Part shown: positions 1-23,344 of the stretch, piece by piece | Layout of the letters: every line of letters starts with the position of its first letter | Numbering within the stretch: the first letter of the stretch is position 1 | Assembly: GCA_002269645.1 (NCBI GenBank) | Contig: NIVC01001526.1 | Location: 62,001 to 126,000, forward strand | DNA from: Macrostomum lignano | Lineage: Eukaryota | Length of the DNA: 64,000 nucleotides | Reading direction: 5' to 3' | The notes under the pieces: generated by a model | Database searches by the model: none | The model's input: the letters and a program-made list of their open reading frames with translations, nothing else | What the model was told of the DNA's origin: nothing | Translations under genes and position numbers: made by a program

Positions 1-120
1 AAGGAGTGCATGTTGAAGGAACAGAAGGATTGCACGTTGAAGGAACAGAAGGAGTGCATGTTGAAGGAGCAGAAGGATTGCACGTTGAAGGAACAGAAGG
101 AGTGCATGTTGAAGGAACAG
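1..120 (+). repeat. 24-bp coding tandem repeat (HVEGTEG[L/V])n
   Basis: Unit gaaggagtgcatgttgaaggaaca, about 5 copies visible, in frame with the YR ORF. Confidence 0.9.
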
Positions 121-2876
121 TAGTGCTAGAAGTCCCAGATAATCCAGCTCAGTCTGGCCAGCAACCACAGGATTTCGGCCATCAAGGCCTTAAGACCATC
201 AGAAGTTGGCCTCAATGTCATGCGCGCAATGTAGACTTAGACGCTGATACACCTGACAACATCTGGCCACGGGTAGAGTGTCCTGTTAAGAGTGATAAAG
301 TTGTCCTGCAACCAAGGCTGTCGGAAGAATCCAACGAAATAATTCAGATTGTTATTGACGACGAAGACGACGATGATTTGGAAAAGTCTACTAAAAGTGA
401 AAAGACTCCTTTTCGTGCACTGGAGAATCTTGGCGTTAGCATTTCCAGTAACAAACCTCGAAAAGGTATTCAATATGTTTGCCATCTTGATAGCAGTCAT
501 TTGATTACGGAGTCAAGGATTAAGCAGCACTTTGATCGAAATCATCAGAACTACGAGTTATACGGCTCCTTTGACGAAATCAAAAAAGAATTAATCAAAT
601 TCAACAATGAACGTTTCGGTTTACCGTCTAAAGAGTCAACGACCAAAAAGTCCACCTCGGCAGAAAGAGCAGGCAATGACTATTGGTGCCATCTAGACCC
701 AACTCATCTAATTAAACAGTCGAGGTTTGCCGACCACTTTAAACATTTTCATAAAGACAAACTTCAGTCCGAAGGACGCAAGAGCTTGATAATGGCGACC
801 AAAAAATTTACCAAAGATCGTCTCAATGCTGAAAGAAAGAAAGAGACAAGCAAAATGCATCTGACGAAAGGTGTAGAGAATCCAAAAGATGACGCTGATG
901 CAGCCGAAGAAAACTGCAGTTCTGATATAATTTGTCCGAAGTGTGACCTTCCTCAAAAAAGCAGTCTTTTCAGCCATTTAACCCACTGGCACGAAATGAG
1001 CGTAGAAGAGGCAAAGGAATCCATTAAAGACATCAAGACGGCGAATGTATCCAACTATGTCCTTCAAAGTTGGAAGTCAAAATCTAGCACCTCTCATTGC
1101 TCTCAATATACGCCAGATGACGAAAAAGACAATTTAGTTCCATCGTTAGAAGATTTCGAAGATTTCCTGAAAAATTTTCCCGGAGGAAGGCTTGCCCAAT
1201 CGACGCGGGCACAAGCACGCAGAGCTATTTCAAAAATTATGTCTATTACCGGAGTTTCTAGTCTGGTCGATATTATTCGCGAGAAGCACCGTTCTAGGAT
1301 TAACGAGTTTTTAACTAGCAAGTCTCAATCTTGCTCCGATGGAACGAAGACATATGTTGAAGGTCTAAAACGTTTTGGAGTGTACCTGAAGAGCTCGTTT
1401 TCTAAATTCGTTTCAACGGCTCAGTTGACCAAAGATCTCGAATCTTTCCTTTTCATCTGTAAGGGTTATGGAAAGTCCCGATTACAGGACAAGAAACTTG
1501 CCGAGTCACGTCGTCGATATGCGCTGGACAAAAGTAGACTGACCGTAAGCGAGCTCAAAACTGTCCTTGATGTTGTCGATTTCTTCTTCGCAGCCGCCGA
1601 ATCTAAGCCTACAGGATCTCGCGAACAAATGATATTTATTGGTCTGTATTTTCTTTTTGGCAAAGGAAACTTTCACCGCGCCGATGCAGTCTCGAATGCC
1701 AAAATGGAACAATTTTTCGAATGGAAAGGCCAACTGGATATTGATCCGCAAGCAATGTTTGAAATCCTAAATCATAAGACGGACAAATTAGGTGTTATTC
1801 AAGTTTCAGTCATCGATATTAAGGAAATTTTATTGGAGTATGGAAATAATCGTGTTGCAAACGGAGCGGTCGCAGCTGATTACTTTTTTGATTATGGTCA
1901 GCTTCAGAACATTGGACTGCATTCTTTTTCAACCTATTTGCGCAAATCTCGAGAAACGTTTCCGATCCTAAATGATTTGAAAACAGTCAACGTCCGTACT
2001 TATCGTCACTTTTTTACGACTAAAGGTGGTGAACTTCTAAGCGAAGAAGAGCAGGATCTTATGCACAGGAGAATGTTGCACTCAAAAGCAACAGCTAAGC
2101 AAAGCTATTTAGCAACGACTGTCTTAATTGCTAAAAAAGGGGAGGAGGTCGCCCGGAACCTGTATGATCTAGCGATTTCGCAGCAAGCGAGCGACGCGCA
2201 GCAGGCAAAGGAGGCGAAGAAGGCGAAGAAACGAGGTCCTGGCGGTCAGCAGGCGAGCGACGCGCAGCAGGCAAAGGAGGCGAAGAAGGCGAAGAAACGA
2301 GGTCCTGGCGGTCAGCAGGCGAGCGACGCGCAGCAGGCAAAGGAGGCGAAGAAGGCGAAGAAACGAGGTCCTGGCGGTCAGCAGGCGAAGAAACGAGGTC
2401 CTGGCGGTCAGCAGTCAAGCGATGCGCAGCAGGCGAAGAAACGAGGTCCTGGCGGTCAGCAGTCAAGCGATGCGCAGCAGGCGAAGAAACGAGGTCCTGG
2501 CAGTCAGCAGTCGAGCGATGCGCAGCAGGCGAAGAAACGAGGTCCTGGCAGTCAGCAGTCGAGCGATGCGCAGCAGGCGAAGAAGGCGAAGAAACGAGGT
2601 CCTGGTGGTCAGCAGTCGAGCGATGCGCAGCAGGCGAAGAAGGCGAAGAAACGAGGTCCTGGTGGTCAGCAGTCGAGCGATGCGCAGCAGGCGAAGAAGA
2701 CGAAGAAACGAGGTCCTGGCGGTCAGCAGTCGAGCGATGCGCAGCAGGCGAGCGTCGCGCAGCAGGCGAGCGACGCGCAGCAGTCCGAATCTGTAAATCA
2801 GCACAGTCCTAAGCACAACTCGCAAAGAAAATCTAAAACTATAGCTTTTAGTCTATTATCTGAACTAGCGGGATAG
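6..2876 (+). CDS. Intronless zinc-finger plus tyrosine recombinase (Crypton-like YR) protein, 5'-truncated by the window edge
   Basis: 956-aa ORF, open at the window start (the 'start' is a GTG inside a repeat). Three C/H clusters: CHLDSSHL..HFDRNH, CHLDPTHL..HFKHFH, CPKC..HLTHWH. YR catalytic order R-K-(H)xxR-H-Y seen as FHRADAVSN, NHKTD, RTYRHFFTT, MLHSKATAKQSY. Confidence 0.75.
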   Translation: MHVEGTEGLHVEGTEGVHVEGAEGLHVEGTEGVHVEGTVVLEVPDNPAQSGQQPQDFGHQGLKTIRSWPQCHARNVDLDADTPDNIWPRVECPVKSDKVVLQPRLSEESNEIIQIVIDDEDDDDLEKSTKSEKTPFRALENLGVSISSNKPRKGIQYVCHLDSSHLITESRIKQHFDRNHQNYELYGSFDEIKKELIKFNNERFGLPSKESTTKKSTSAERAGNDYWCHLDPTHLIKQSRFADHFKHFHKDKLQSEGRKSLIMATKKFTKDRLNAERKKETSKMHLTKGVENPKDDADAAEENCSSDIICPKCDLPQKSSLFSHLTHWHEMSVEEAKESIKDIKTANVSNYVLQSWKSKSSTSHCSQYTPDDEKDNLVPSLEDFEDFLKNFPGGRLAQSTRAQARRAISKIMSITGVSSLVDIIREKHRSRINEFLTSKSQSCSDGTKTYVEGLKRFGVYLKSSFSKFVSTAQLTKDLESFLFICKGYGKSRLQDKKLAESRRRYALDKSRLTVSELKTVLDVVDFFFAAAESKPTGSREQMIFIGLYFLFGKGNFHRADAVSNAKMEQFFEWKGQLDIDPQAMFEILNHKTDKLGVIQVSVIDIKEILLEYGNNRVANGAVAADYFFDYGQLQNIGLHSFSTYLRKSRETFPILNDLKTVNVRTYRHFFTTKGGELLSEEEQDLMHRRMLHSKATAKQSYLATTVLIAKKGEEVARNLYDLAISQQASDAQQAKEAKKAKKRGPGGQQASDAQQAKEAKKAKKRGPGGQQASDAQQAKEAKKAKKRGPGGQQAKKRGPGGQQSSDAQQAKKRGPGGQQSSDAQQAKKRGPGSQQSSDAQQAKKRGPGSQQSSDAQQAKKAKKRGPGGQQSSDAQQAKKAKKRGPGGQQSSDAQQAKKTKKRGPGGQQSSDAQQASVAQQASDAQQSESVNQHSPKHNSQRKSKTIAFSLLSELAG
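2182..2785 (+). repeat. Coding tandem repeat at the YR C-terminus (QQ[A/S]SDAQQAK..KKRGPG[G/S])n
   Basis: Variable-length units, all multiples of 3, so the ORF stays open. Confidence 0.9.
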
Positions 2877-2964
2877 TAATAAATCTGAGGAAATCATACT
2901 AAATACTATGAATCACGCGACTAGAGTTCAAGCAGAATCTTGCTCAAGTCACATAGGGTTGACT

Positions 2965-4252
2965 TGCCACCCTTTAAATGCTTAAAACTTGTCATTTTTG
3001 TCGCTAATTTTAAGCGCTGATCCGGGTCTATTGTATTACATGTGTCGCTACCTTTGAATGCTTAACCATTGTCATTTTTGTCCCTAATTTTAAGCGCTGA
3101 TCCGGGTCTATTGTATTACATGTGTCGCTACCTTTGAATGCTTAACCATTGTCATTTTTGTCGCTAATTTTAAGCGTTGATCCGGGTCTATTGTATTATA
3201 TGTGTCGCTACCTTTGAATGCTTAACCATTGTCATTTTTGTCCCTAATTTTAAGCGTTGATCCGGGTCTATTGTATTATATGTGTCGCTACCTTTGAATG
3301 CTTAACCATTGTCATTTTTGTCCCTAATTTTAAGCGCTGATCCGGGTCTATTGTATTATATGTGTCGCTACCTTTGAATGCTTAACCATTGTCATTTTTG
3401 TCGCTAATTTTAAGCGTTGATCCGGGTCTATTGTATTATATGTGTCGCTACCTTTGAATGCTTAACCATTGTCATTTTTGTCCCTAATTTTAAGCGCTGA
3501 TCCGGGTCTATTGTATTATATGTGTCGCTACCTTTGAATGCTTAACCATTGTCATTTTTGTCGCTAATTTTAAGCGTTGATCCGGGTCTATTGTATTATA
3601 TGTGTCGCTACCTTTGAATGCTTAACCATTGTCATTTTTGTCCCTAATTTTAAGCGCTGATCCGGGTCTATTGTATTACATGTGTCGCTACCTTTGAATG
3701 CTTAACCATTGTCATTTTTGTCGCTAATTTTAAGCGTTGATCCGGGTCTATTGTATTATATGTGTCGCTACCTTTGAATGCTTAACCATTGTCATTTTTG
3801 TCCCTAATTTTAAGCGTTGATCCGGGTCTATTGTATTATATGTGTCGCTACCTTTGAATGCTTAACCATTGTCATTTTTGTCCCTAATTTTAAGCGCTGA
3901 TCCGGGTCTATTGTATTATATGTGTCGCTACCTTTGAATGCTTAACCATTGTCATTTTTGTCGCTAATTTTAAGCGTTGATCCGGGTCTATTGTATTATA
4001 TGTGTCGCTACCTTTGAATGCTTAACCATTGTCATTTTTGTCCCTAATTTTAAGCGCTGATCCGGGTCTATTGTATTATATGTGTCGCTACCTTTGAATG
4101 CTTAACCATTGTCATTTTTGTCGCTAATTTTAAGCGTTGATCCGGGTCTATTGTATTATATGTGTCGCTACCTTTGAATGCTTAACCATTGTCATTTTTG
4201 TCCCTAATTTTAAGCGCTGATCCGGGTCTATTGTATTACATGTGTCGCTACA
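2965..4252. repeat. 80-bp satellite, about 16 copies
   Basis: gtcatttttg recurs at 2991, 3071, 3151 and onward; tcgcta/tcccta variants. Confidence 0.95.
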
Positions 4253-4894
4253 TTTATATTACGTTTTAATAATTCGAAAGTCTCAGGCAAACTTCCTGTG
4301 TCGCCAATTCCTATTATAATTCAAGATTCAAATTATTAATATTTGAAACAGAACAAAATTTTTGTGGAAATTTAAATTTTTAGCTAAATAATAAAATATT
4401 TGAAAGATCCCTGCACGGCATATATATATTTGCGCTTTAACGTTTATACCGACTTAAGGAAGACTTAAGGAAAAAGTTGAAATATTACTGAACCAAAAAT
4501 TTATGAGTTAAATAATAGTATTTAAACAAAGTTTGGGATACTAAAAAGTGAGGTTCGAAAAATAGTTTCTAACAGTATAAAATATTTATATTGTATAATT
4601 TAAAAATATCTTAAATATACGCTATCCACTTTATCTATAATGTTACTAATTAATTACTCGAATTTTCTTTCCTGCATGCTAATTGCATCCATGATGTCTT
4701 TCTAATAGTCTTTAAATTTAAATGCTCTACTAGCCTCAATTAATCACTTAAAAATGTGACGATTGCACTTGCACATCTAACACGACTGACAATTGCACAT
4801 AGTGCCAAAAATGACATTATTTACTCTTGCATTTCTTGCATTAACTTCTTAGTAGATCCAAAAAGCACTTTACTAGCTACTACTTGCATTGCAC

Positions 4895-6635
4895 TAAAAT
4901 CTGACGGTTGCACATTGTACCAAAAATGACAGAAGATCTAATCCTCTATCTACACTACATGTTGTTGTTCCTTGGCTATTTCAAATGTAAGTTCTGATTT
5001 CCGTTGGTTTTACTTGCAGTAGCGTCAACTACTTTTCTGGTAGTGTTCGCTGTGTAAAAATGACTGCTGCACAAGCTGTAAAATATGACGATTGCACATT
5101 GTGCCAAAAATGACAGAAGACAGTATTTCATTTACACTATATTATAGTTCCTCCCTTTTTATAGGCTATTTCAAATGTAAGTTCTGATGTCCGTTGGTTT
5201 TACTTGCAGTAGCGTCAACTACTTTTCTGGTAGTGCTCGCTGTGTAAAAATGACTGCTGCACAAGCTGTAAAATATGACGATTGCACATTGTGCCAAAAA
5301 TGACAGAAGACAGTATTTCATTTACACTATATTATAGTTCCTCCTTTTTATAGGCTATTTCAAATGTAAGTTCTGATGTCCGTTGGTTTTACTTGCAGTA
5401 GCGTCAACTACTTTTCTGGTAGTGCTCGCTGTGTAAAAATGACTGCTGCACAAGCTGTAAAATATGACGATTGCACATTGTGCCAAAAATGACAGAAGAC
5501 AGTATTTCATTTACACTATATTATAGTTCCTCCTTTTTATAGGCTATTTCAAATGTAAGTTCTGATGTCCGTTGGTTTTACTTGCAGTAGCGTTTAACTA
5601 CTTTTCTGGTAGTGCTCGCTGTGTAAAAATGACTGCTGCACAAGCTGTAAAATATGACTATTGCACATTGTGCCAAATATGACAGAAGACAGTATTTCAT
5701 TTACACTATATTATAGTTCCTCCTTTTTATAGGCTATTTCAAATGTAAGTTCTGATGTCCGTTGGTTTTACTTGCAGTAGCGTTTAACTACTTTTCTGGT
5801 AGTGCTCGCTGTGTAAACATGACTGCTGCACAAGCTGTAAAATATGACGATTGCACATTGTGCCAAAAATGACAGAAGACAGTATTTCATTTACACTATA
5901 TTATAGTTCCTCCTTTTTATAGGCTATTTCAAATGTAAGTTCTGATGTCCGTTGGTTTTACTTGCAGTAGCGTCAACTACTTTTCTGGTAGTGCTCGCTG
6001 TGTAAAAATGACTGCTGCACAAGCTGTAAAATATGACTATTGCACATTGTGCCAAAAATGACAGAAGACAGTATTTCATTTACACTATATTATAGTTCCT
6101 CCTTTTTATAGGCTATTTCAAATGTAAGTTCTGATGTCCGTTGGTTTTACTTGCAGTAGCGTTTAACTACTTTTCTGGTAGTGCTCGCTGTGTAAACATG
6201 ACTGCTGCACAAGCTGTAAAATATGACTATTGCACATTGTGCCAAAAATGACAGAAGACAGTATTTCATTTACACTATATTATAGTTCCTCCTTTTTATA
6301 GGCTATTTCAAATGTAAGTTCTGATGTCCGTTGGTTTTACTTGCAGTAGCGTCAACTACTTTTCTGGTAGTGCTCGCTGTGTAAAAATGACTGCTGCACA
6401 AGCTGTAAAATATGACTATTGCACATTGTGCCAAAAATGACAGAAGACAGTATTTCATTTACACTATATTATAGTTCCTCCTTTTTATAGGCTATTTCAA
6501 ATGTAAGTTCTGATGTCCGTTGGTTTTACTTGCAGTAGCGTTTAACTACTTTTCTGGTAGTGCTCGCTGTGTAAAAAATGACTGCTGCACAAGCTGTAAA
6601 ATATGACTATTGCACATTGTGCCAAAAATGACAGA
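4895..6635. repeat. 189-191-bp satellite, about 9 copies
   Basis: ataggctattt recurs at 5161, 5350, 5539 and onward; gtcaac/gtttaac variants. Confidence 0.95.
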
Positions 6636-7217
6636 CGGTGTATTACGTATTATAGACTTACTTTGGAATTTTCATTTTAGATTATAAAATGATTTAGTAT
6701 ATTGTGATGTATATGAATAAACCATCTATGTTTGCAACATACAGCTATTTGCATGTTCAACAAAATTTAAAATTTAAATGCTGCAACTCACTTTCTACTT
6801 TCCCTTCCACACAATCTACTTAATTGATTTTTAGAGTTTCTTTAGTAGCTATACTAATTCTATTTTAGACTAAATTAATATGAATATAAGATCTCTGTTT
6901 TCTTATTACATGGTAAAGTTTATTGTATAAATTGCTAAGTATTTACAGTCGTTAATTTTAGTCTAACAGTATTTATCAGCACTGCACAAATGTGCAGTTG
7001 TGCGCCAATACAGGCTTAAAGGATCGTACACTACGGAATACTGTATATACAGTATATATTGTCAGAGAGGCTGGAAGTTTTACAAAAATCGAGCAATTTG
7101 GAAGTGTCATGATTTGTCATTTTTGCAAAGTCTGTGTCATGGCCAAAACTTTGCGCGTTTCCATTGGGATACACAGCGGTCATTTTTTGTTAGATGTGCC
7201 ATGTCATTTTTTTTAAT

Positions 7218-8393
7218 TCTCGTCATAAACGTGCCCCACGCTGACCTCTGCCTCAAGGACTTGAGAGACAGCGGCGGGCTCCACGTCCTATCTGACGGCG
7301 AACCCAGCACTCTCAACCTCTTTCAGCGCTACAAGGTCACCATCCCCTCTAGGGATGCTGCCAATGACCACTGGAATTTCCAGGAGGTCCATTGCTACAC
7401 GGACGGATCCATCAAAGACGGTCGCGCCGGCTTTGGGGTCTGCATCATCATCAACGGCCGCGTAATTGCCACGCATGCCCAGCACACTGGTAGACTCTCC
7501 ACAGTCTTCCAGAACGAAGTCCTTGCCATCAGCTCTTGCGCTGCAGAGCTGAACGCCTAGTTTACGAGAGGAAAGACTATTGTCATCCACTCCGACAGCC
7601 AAGCGGCCTTACAGGCCCTTTGCCACACCACAACGAACTCCCGGACAGTCGCCGACTGCGCCCGGCAGCTCAACCTCCTGGCCAGAAGCAATACTGTCAG
7701 GCTGAAGTGGATCCCAGGGCACGCAGGGTTTCCGGGGAACGAGCTGGCAGACACCCTCGCCAAGAGGGGCGGCTCTGGCTCTTTCTTCGGCCCTGCCCCC
7801 CTGGTCCCTATGCCCTTGACAGTCATCAATCGTCAGATCGACGACTGGGCTGACTCCCTCCACAGGGACAGATGGGCGGGCACCCAAAACTGCCGGCAAT
7901 CTCGTGCCGCGGTTCCTTGCCCGTCTCACAGGCTCAGAAGCATCCTTCTGAACCAGAATCGGAAGGATATTCGAGCCCTTTTCATGACCCTTACCGGCCA
8001 TGGCTACCTCGCCAGGCACTGCTTCCTCCGAGGCGACCTCGAGAGCGAAATTTGCCCCTTTTGCGAGTGCGACAATGAAGATGCTCAGCACTTTGTCTGT
8101 CACTGCCCTTTCTTTAACAGAGACCGGCTACGCTACCTCGGGCCGAACCCGTCCATTGACGAGGTCTGCCAGCCCGACAGCATCCCACGGCTCATCCAGT
8201 TCCTTCGGGCGACTAGACGAGCCAGTTTCTTCCCAACGGAAGATCACGCTGCAGGACGGACCGGCGGACCACCCTGACCGGCCCCACGCCTCTGCCTGTC
8301 TGCGGGCCTTCAGGGGCTAGCGGAATGGGCGACCCTCGCCTCCCCGCTGTGTCTATGGACCACCCTGCAGCTAAGTCAAGTAAGTAAGTCAAG
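7218..8393 (+). mobile_element. 5'-truncated non-LTR retrotransposon carrying RNase H (I/Loa/R1-type LINE), one in-frame stop
   Basis: YTDGS..E..SDSQAAL..WIPGHAG..GNELADTLAK RNase H motifs; TAG at 7558-7560; C-terminal CPFC..EDAQHFVCHCP knuckle; 3' tail ctaagtcaagtaagtaagtcaag. Confidence 0.9.
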
Positions 8394-9884
8394 GTCTTCT
8401 CGAAGCCATGCCTTTTGAAACACTTTGGGAATGTTGCGGATTAATATAAAGCACTTCTGTCTGTGACAGAAAGTTCTAAACTTACAGAAGACACAAGCAT
8501 ACATCTATGTATAAAATCTTTCACTCTGGTCTTTCCGACTGGAATGGGAATGCAGGGTCTGAGCAGAAAGAATGTGTCTATTTCGGCCCCTCCGACTAAA
8601 ACGGAGAGTGACAAATATCTTCACCGTCTTGAAGAGGTTAATGTAGATTTGTATTGAAGCCGAAAAGCAAGAAAATGCAAATAGAAGCAGACGGTTCTTA
8701 CAATTGGTTCGAATCCGCATTTCGATTACATGTACTAATAAAGTATGCAGAATGAGGTCTATTTGTGCCATTTCCTGGATCCAATAGGCATAAATGTAGA
8801 TTTTTTATGATTCTGTGTTGTTCTGTCAAGTTGAGTCTGTTCTGCTATTCACGACGCTGTTGCCCATTGTAGTTTCGCATAGCGCCAAGTGAGGATTCAC
8901 CACAGACAGCCCGATGGCTTTGCACACATTTGCCTTTTGCCTCTTGGCAATAGATATTTGCCAGTCAGCGGACTGCCGTGCGTTAACACGCATAGGCTGA
9001 CTAAATTAAGTACAGTCAACTGTTAAACAGGAAAAACTAAAGTCATTTTTAAGCAGCTGAAACGCGCTGCAAAATGAAACTTTGAAATAATGACGCGTTT
9101 ATATTTATTTTGTTTTTTTTTTAAATGTTGATTAATAGCCGGCAGAAGCTACAAAAGGGAAACAAATATACATACACATATATATATAATATATATAGCA
9201 TGTTTCTGAAGGCAACAAATGCTTTTGTTCGCATTTTGACAACAGAAGGTTAAAATTGTGCGCAGAACTATACTACAAATAGGTAATACTCATAGTAGTA
9301 CAGTATAACTCAACCCGAAAATATTTTTTTAGAAATCACAAGATTTTTTACTTGTAAAACAGCATGCTAGAGTTACGTCACCGTGCGGTTTGTGCATAAT
9401 AATTTGAATTAAAATTTGCTAATGAGATCGCATTAATCAGATGTTCGGTAAAAGAAACGCAGCTCGATTTCATGCCTCCATTCTATTTGGTGAGATCAGG
9501 ATTATCACAGAATATCAAACGGGCCTTGAACAACTTAAGTCAAATACTAATAAATCGATAGTAAAAACAGCAGTAAAAATATAAAAGTCCAACAACAGCG
9601 CGCGTTAGTTAATCAAAAGCAATCTTAAAGTAAGATTGGCAATAGACTGAAAACTAAAGACTATAGGAGTAGATTTTAGCTATGGCGAAATTTGGAATAA
9701 AAAAAACAATAAAATTTGCAAAGATGGACAGCAAAGTAAGGATCAAGTGATTCACGTGGATTTAGCCACAAATTCTGTATTCTATATAGATGGGCCACTC
9801 CAGCATTTTAAGGTTAAGACCATAGACTGTAGCTTCGGCTGCTCTCAAGCATTAGCAGCAGCACCGAGTGTCTGTGGCCCTACA

Positions 9885-10145
9885 TGCCTAACACCTGGCC
9901 GACCCGGCCGGATGGCGAGAGGTCTGGCCAAGGTAAGTCGCAAAAACGCCGAACAAAAAATACAGACGTAGTACTAATTAGATGACGAGACATTTAGCCT
10001 TATTATTACTGTTATAGTTACTTCTGCCGTTTACCTAGAATTTCGTAAATTTTTGCTTTAGGGGTTCTCTCGTAAGTCTCGTAGGCATTTTTGGTCAAAA
10101 AGTAAGTCGCACAGTCGGGTGAAATTTCGAAGTTGGGCATGTACT
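9885..10145 (+). repeat. Dispersed repeat, CpG-intact copy (second copy at about 25585-25850)
   Basis: Shared blocks gtagtactaattagatg, ttttgctttaggg, gcatttttggtcaaaaagtaagt. Confidence 0.75.
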
Positions 10146-10728
10146 TCGTAAATTTGCGGGCCTTAATCGCACGGGCTTTCGGGGCCTTAAAGACGGTCTC
10201 TAAATGAAATTACCAAATCCTGGAGTGACACATCTAGGTACATAGAATCTGTGAATTTAGCCATCTCATATAAGTAGAATGAAATACCGGTACATTCGAC
10301 ACTGGTTATATTGCTAATCCATATATCACTGTTTATGATTAAAACACTCGAAAGTTAGCCAGACAGTACTGTCACGACGCGGCACAGGAGTTAAGCAAAG
10401 ACTCATTGGCGATTCGTGCAGAATGATAAGCTCTTAGGGGCCCCACTCAAATAAAAGACTTCTGACTATGCAAAAGGTTGCACAAATTTCGGCGATGTTA
10501 ACTGAAGGACGTTGTTTCTTTCTACGTTGCTAAGCGAATTAAGGAAAAGGTTAGCTGGTGCCGAGCATAGGTCAGCAATCTACAGTAGGTGCTGTTTGGG
10601 AAAAAATAGATCGATCTAGCTAAAAAATGAAACCGAACGGATAAGAAACAAAATAATCTGTATTAAAATCAAATCAGACGCATTTTAGTCAGCAAAATAA
10701 TTCTATAATGGATGGGCTTTTCAGCTTT

Positions 10729-22302
<11,574 letters not shown>

Positions 22303-23344
22303 ACGCCTCAGCAAGATAAGAGCCGAAGACTGAATTAAGAGAATCAACAACAATAGAAATGGTTTACCAGATATGTATACTGCACGAGCCTAGGTACCAA
22401 AATGTTTCGTTTGAATGCAAAGCGATTTACAAAACTAACGAGTTTGAGTCAGCTGAGTACAAATGCTCTTAGCTGCCAGAATGGTAAATACGAACACACT
22501 GATTTATAAGGACTTAGCAACAACTCAGAAGTTGATTCAATGTTAAATGATAAACTAGTTTGGACCAGATTTCGATTTGGGGCTAACAATTTCTGCGCTG
22601 TATGTTATCTTATTTTTAAAGTACAGACTGATAATAATTTGTGTATTTTAACATTGAAGTTAGTATTTAATAACTTTTATATTTTTTATAAGTAAATTTG
22701 ATGAAATCTTACAATTTAGAAAATGAAAATTTAAAATAAAAAAAGGTGTGCAGCGTGTGTCGCGCGGGCGGACGACGACGAAGATATAATATTAAGTCGT
22801 CATATCATGGATGATCGCAGACACGCTATAGGGCCTATTCCTAAGATATACGCCTTAAGAATAGTTAGGAATATAGCTTGGGCAATTATTTCCCAATATT
22901 GCAATATAGTTGCAGTTTGCCTAATATAAATGTTCAGCTATGTAGTATAAGTTAACCAATTAAATTAAAATTTTAATGGAGGTAAGGAACTGCCTCTAGT
23001 CTTAGTCTAGGCCCCTATTTAAAGTATATTTTTTATAAAAAAATTTAACTGTTAAAGTATAACCCATGCACTTTCTTGTGTAGCTAGGCCTATAAAAAGA
23101 TTGTAGTAATTTTTGTTGTTGTTATAAACATGAGAGTCTTAGGCCCATTAGGGCCACCTAGGGGTCTATATTTTTAATAACAGTCTCCTTGACCTTGCCT
23201 AGGTAGTTTTACCCTTTTCTAGAAGTCCTATGATAGTGATTGGCACTCATATAGTATTCTTTATGTGAAAACCATGCCTATGTTATCATGACTACAACTA
23301 CAAGTAGGCCTATAGCAAAATCATATACTTGGATTCATAATAAC

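Noticed and set aside
1-12. AAGGAG followed by GTG, resembling a bacterial ribosome-binding site and start
   Set aside because: It is part of the 24-bp coding repeat; the frame is open to the window edge and the context is eukaryotic.
2965-6635. CRISPR-like arrays next to a recombinase
   Set aside because: Units are head-to-tail with no unique spacers, and no cas genes are present.
6992-7217. N-terminal part of ORF 7000-7560 as LINE protein
   Set aside because: AT-rich flank read through by chance; LINE-like composition starts at about 7218.
7558-7560. Programmed read-through of TAG in RNase H
   Set aside because: A single point mutation (likely CAG>TAG) in a 5'-truncated dead copy is simpler.
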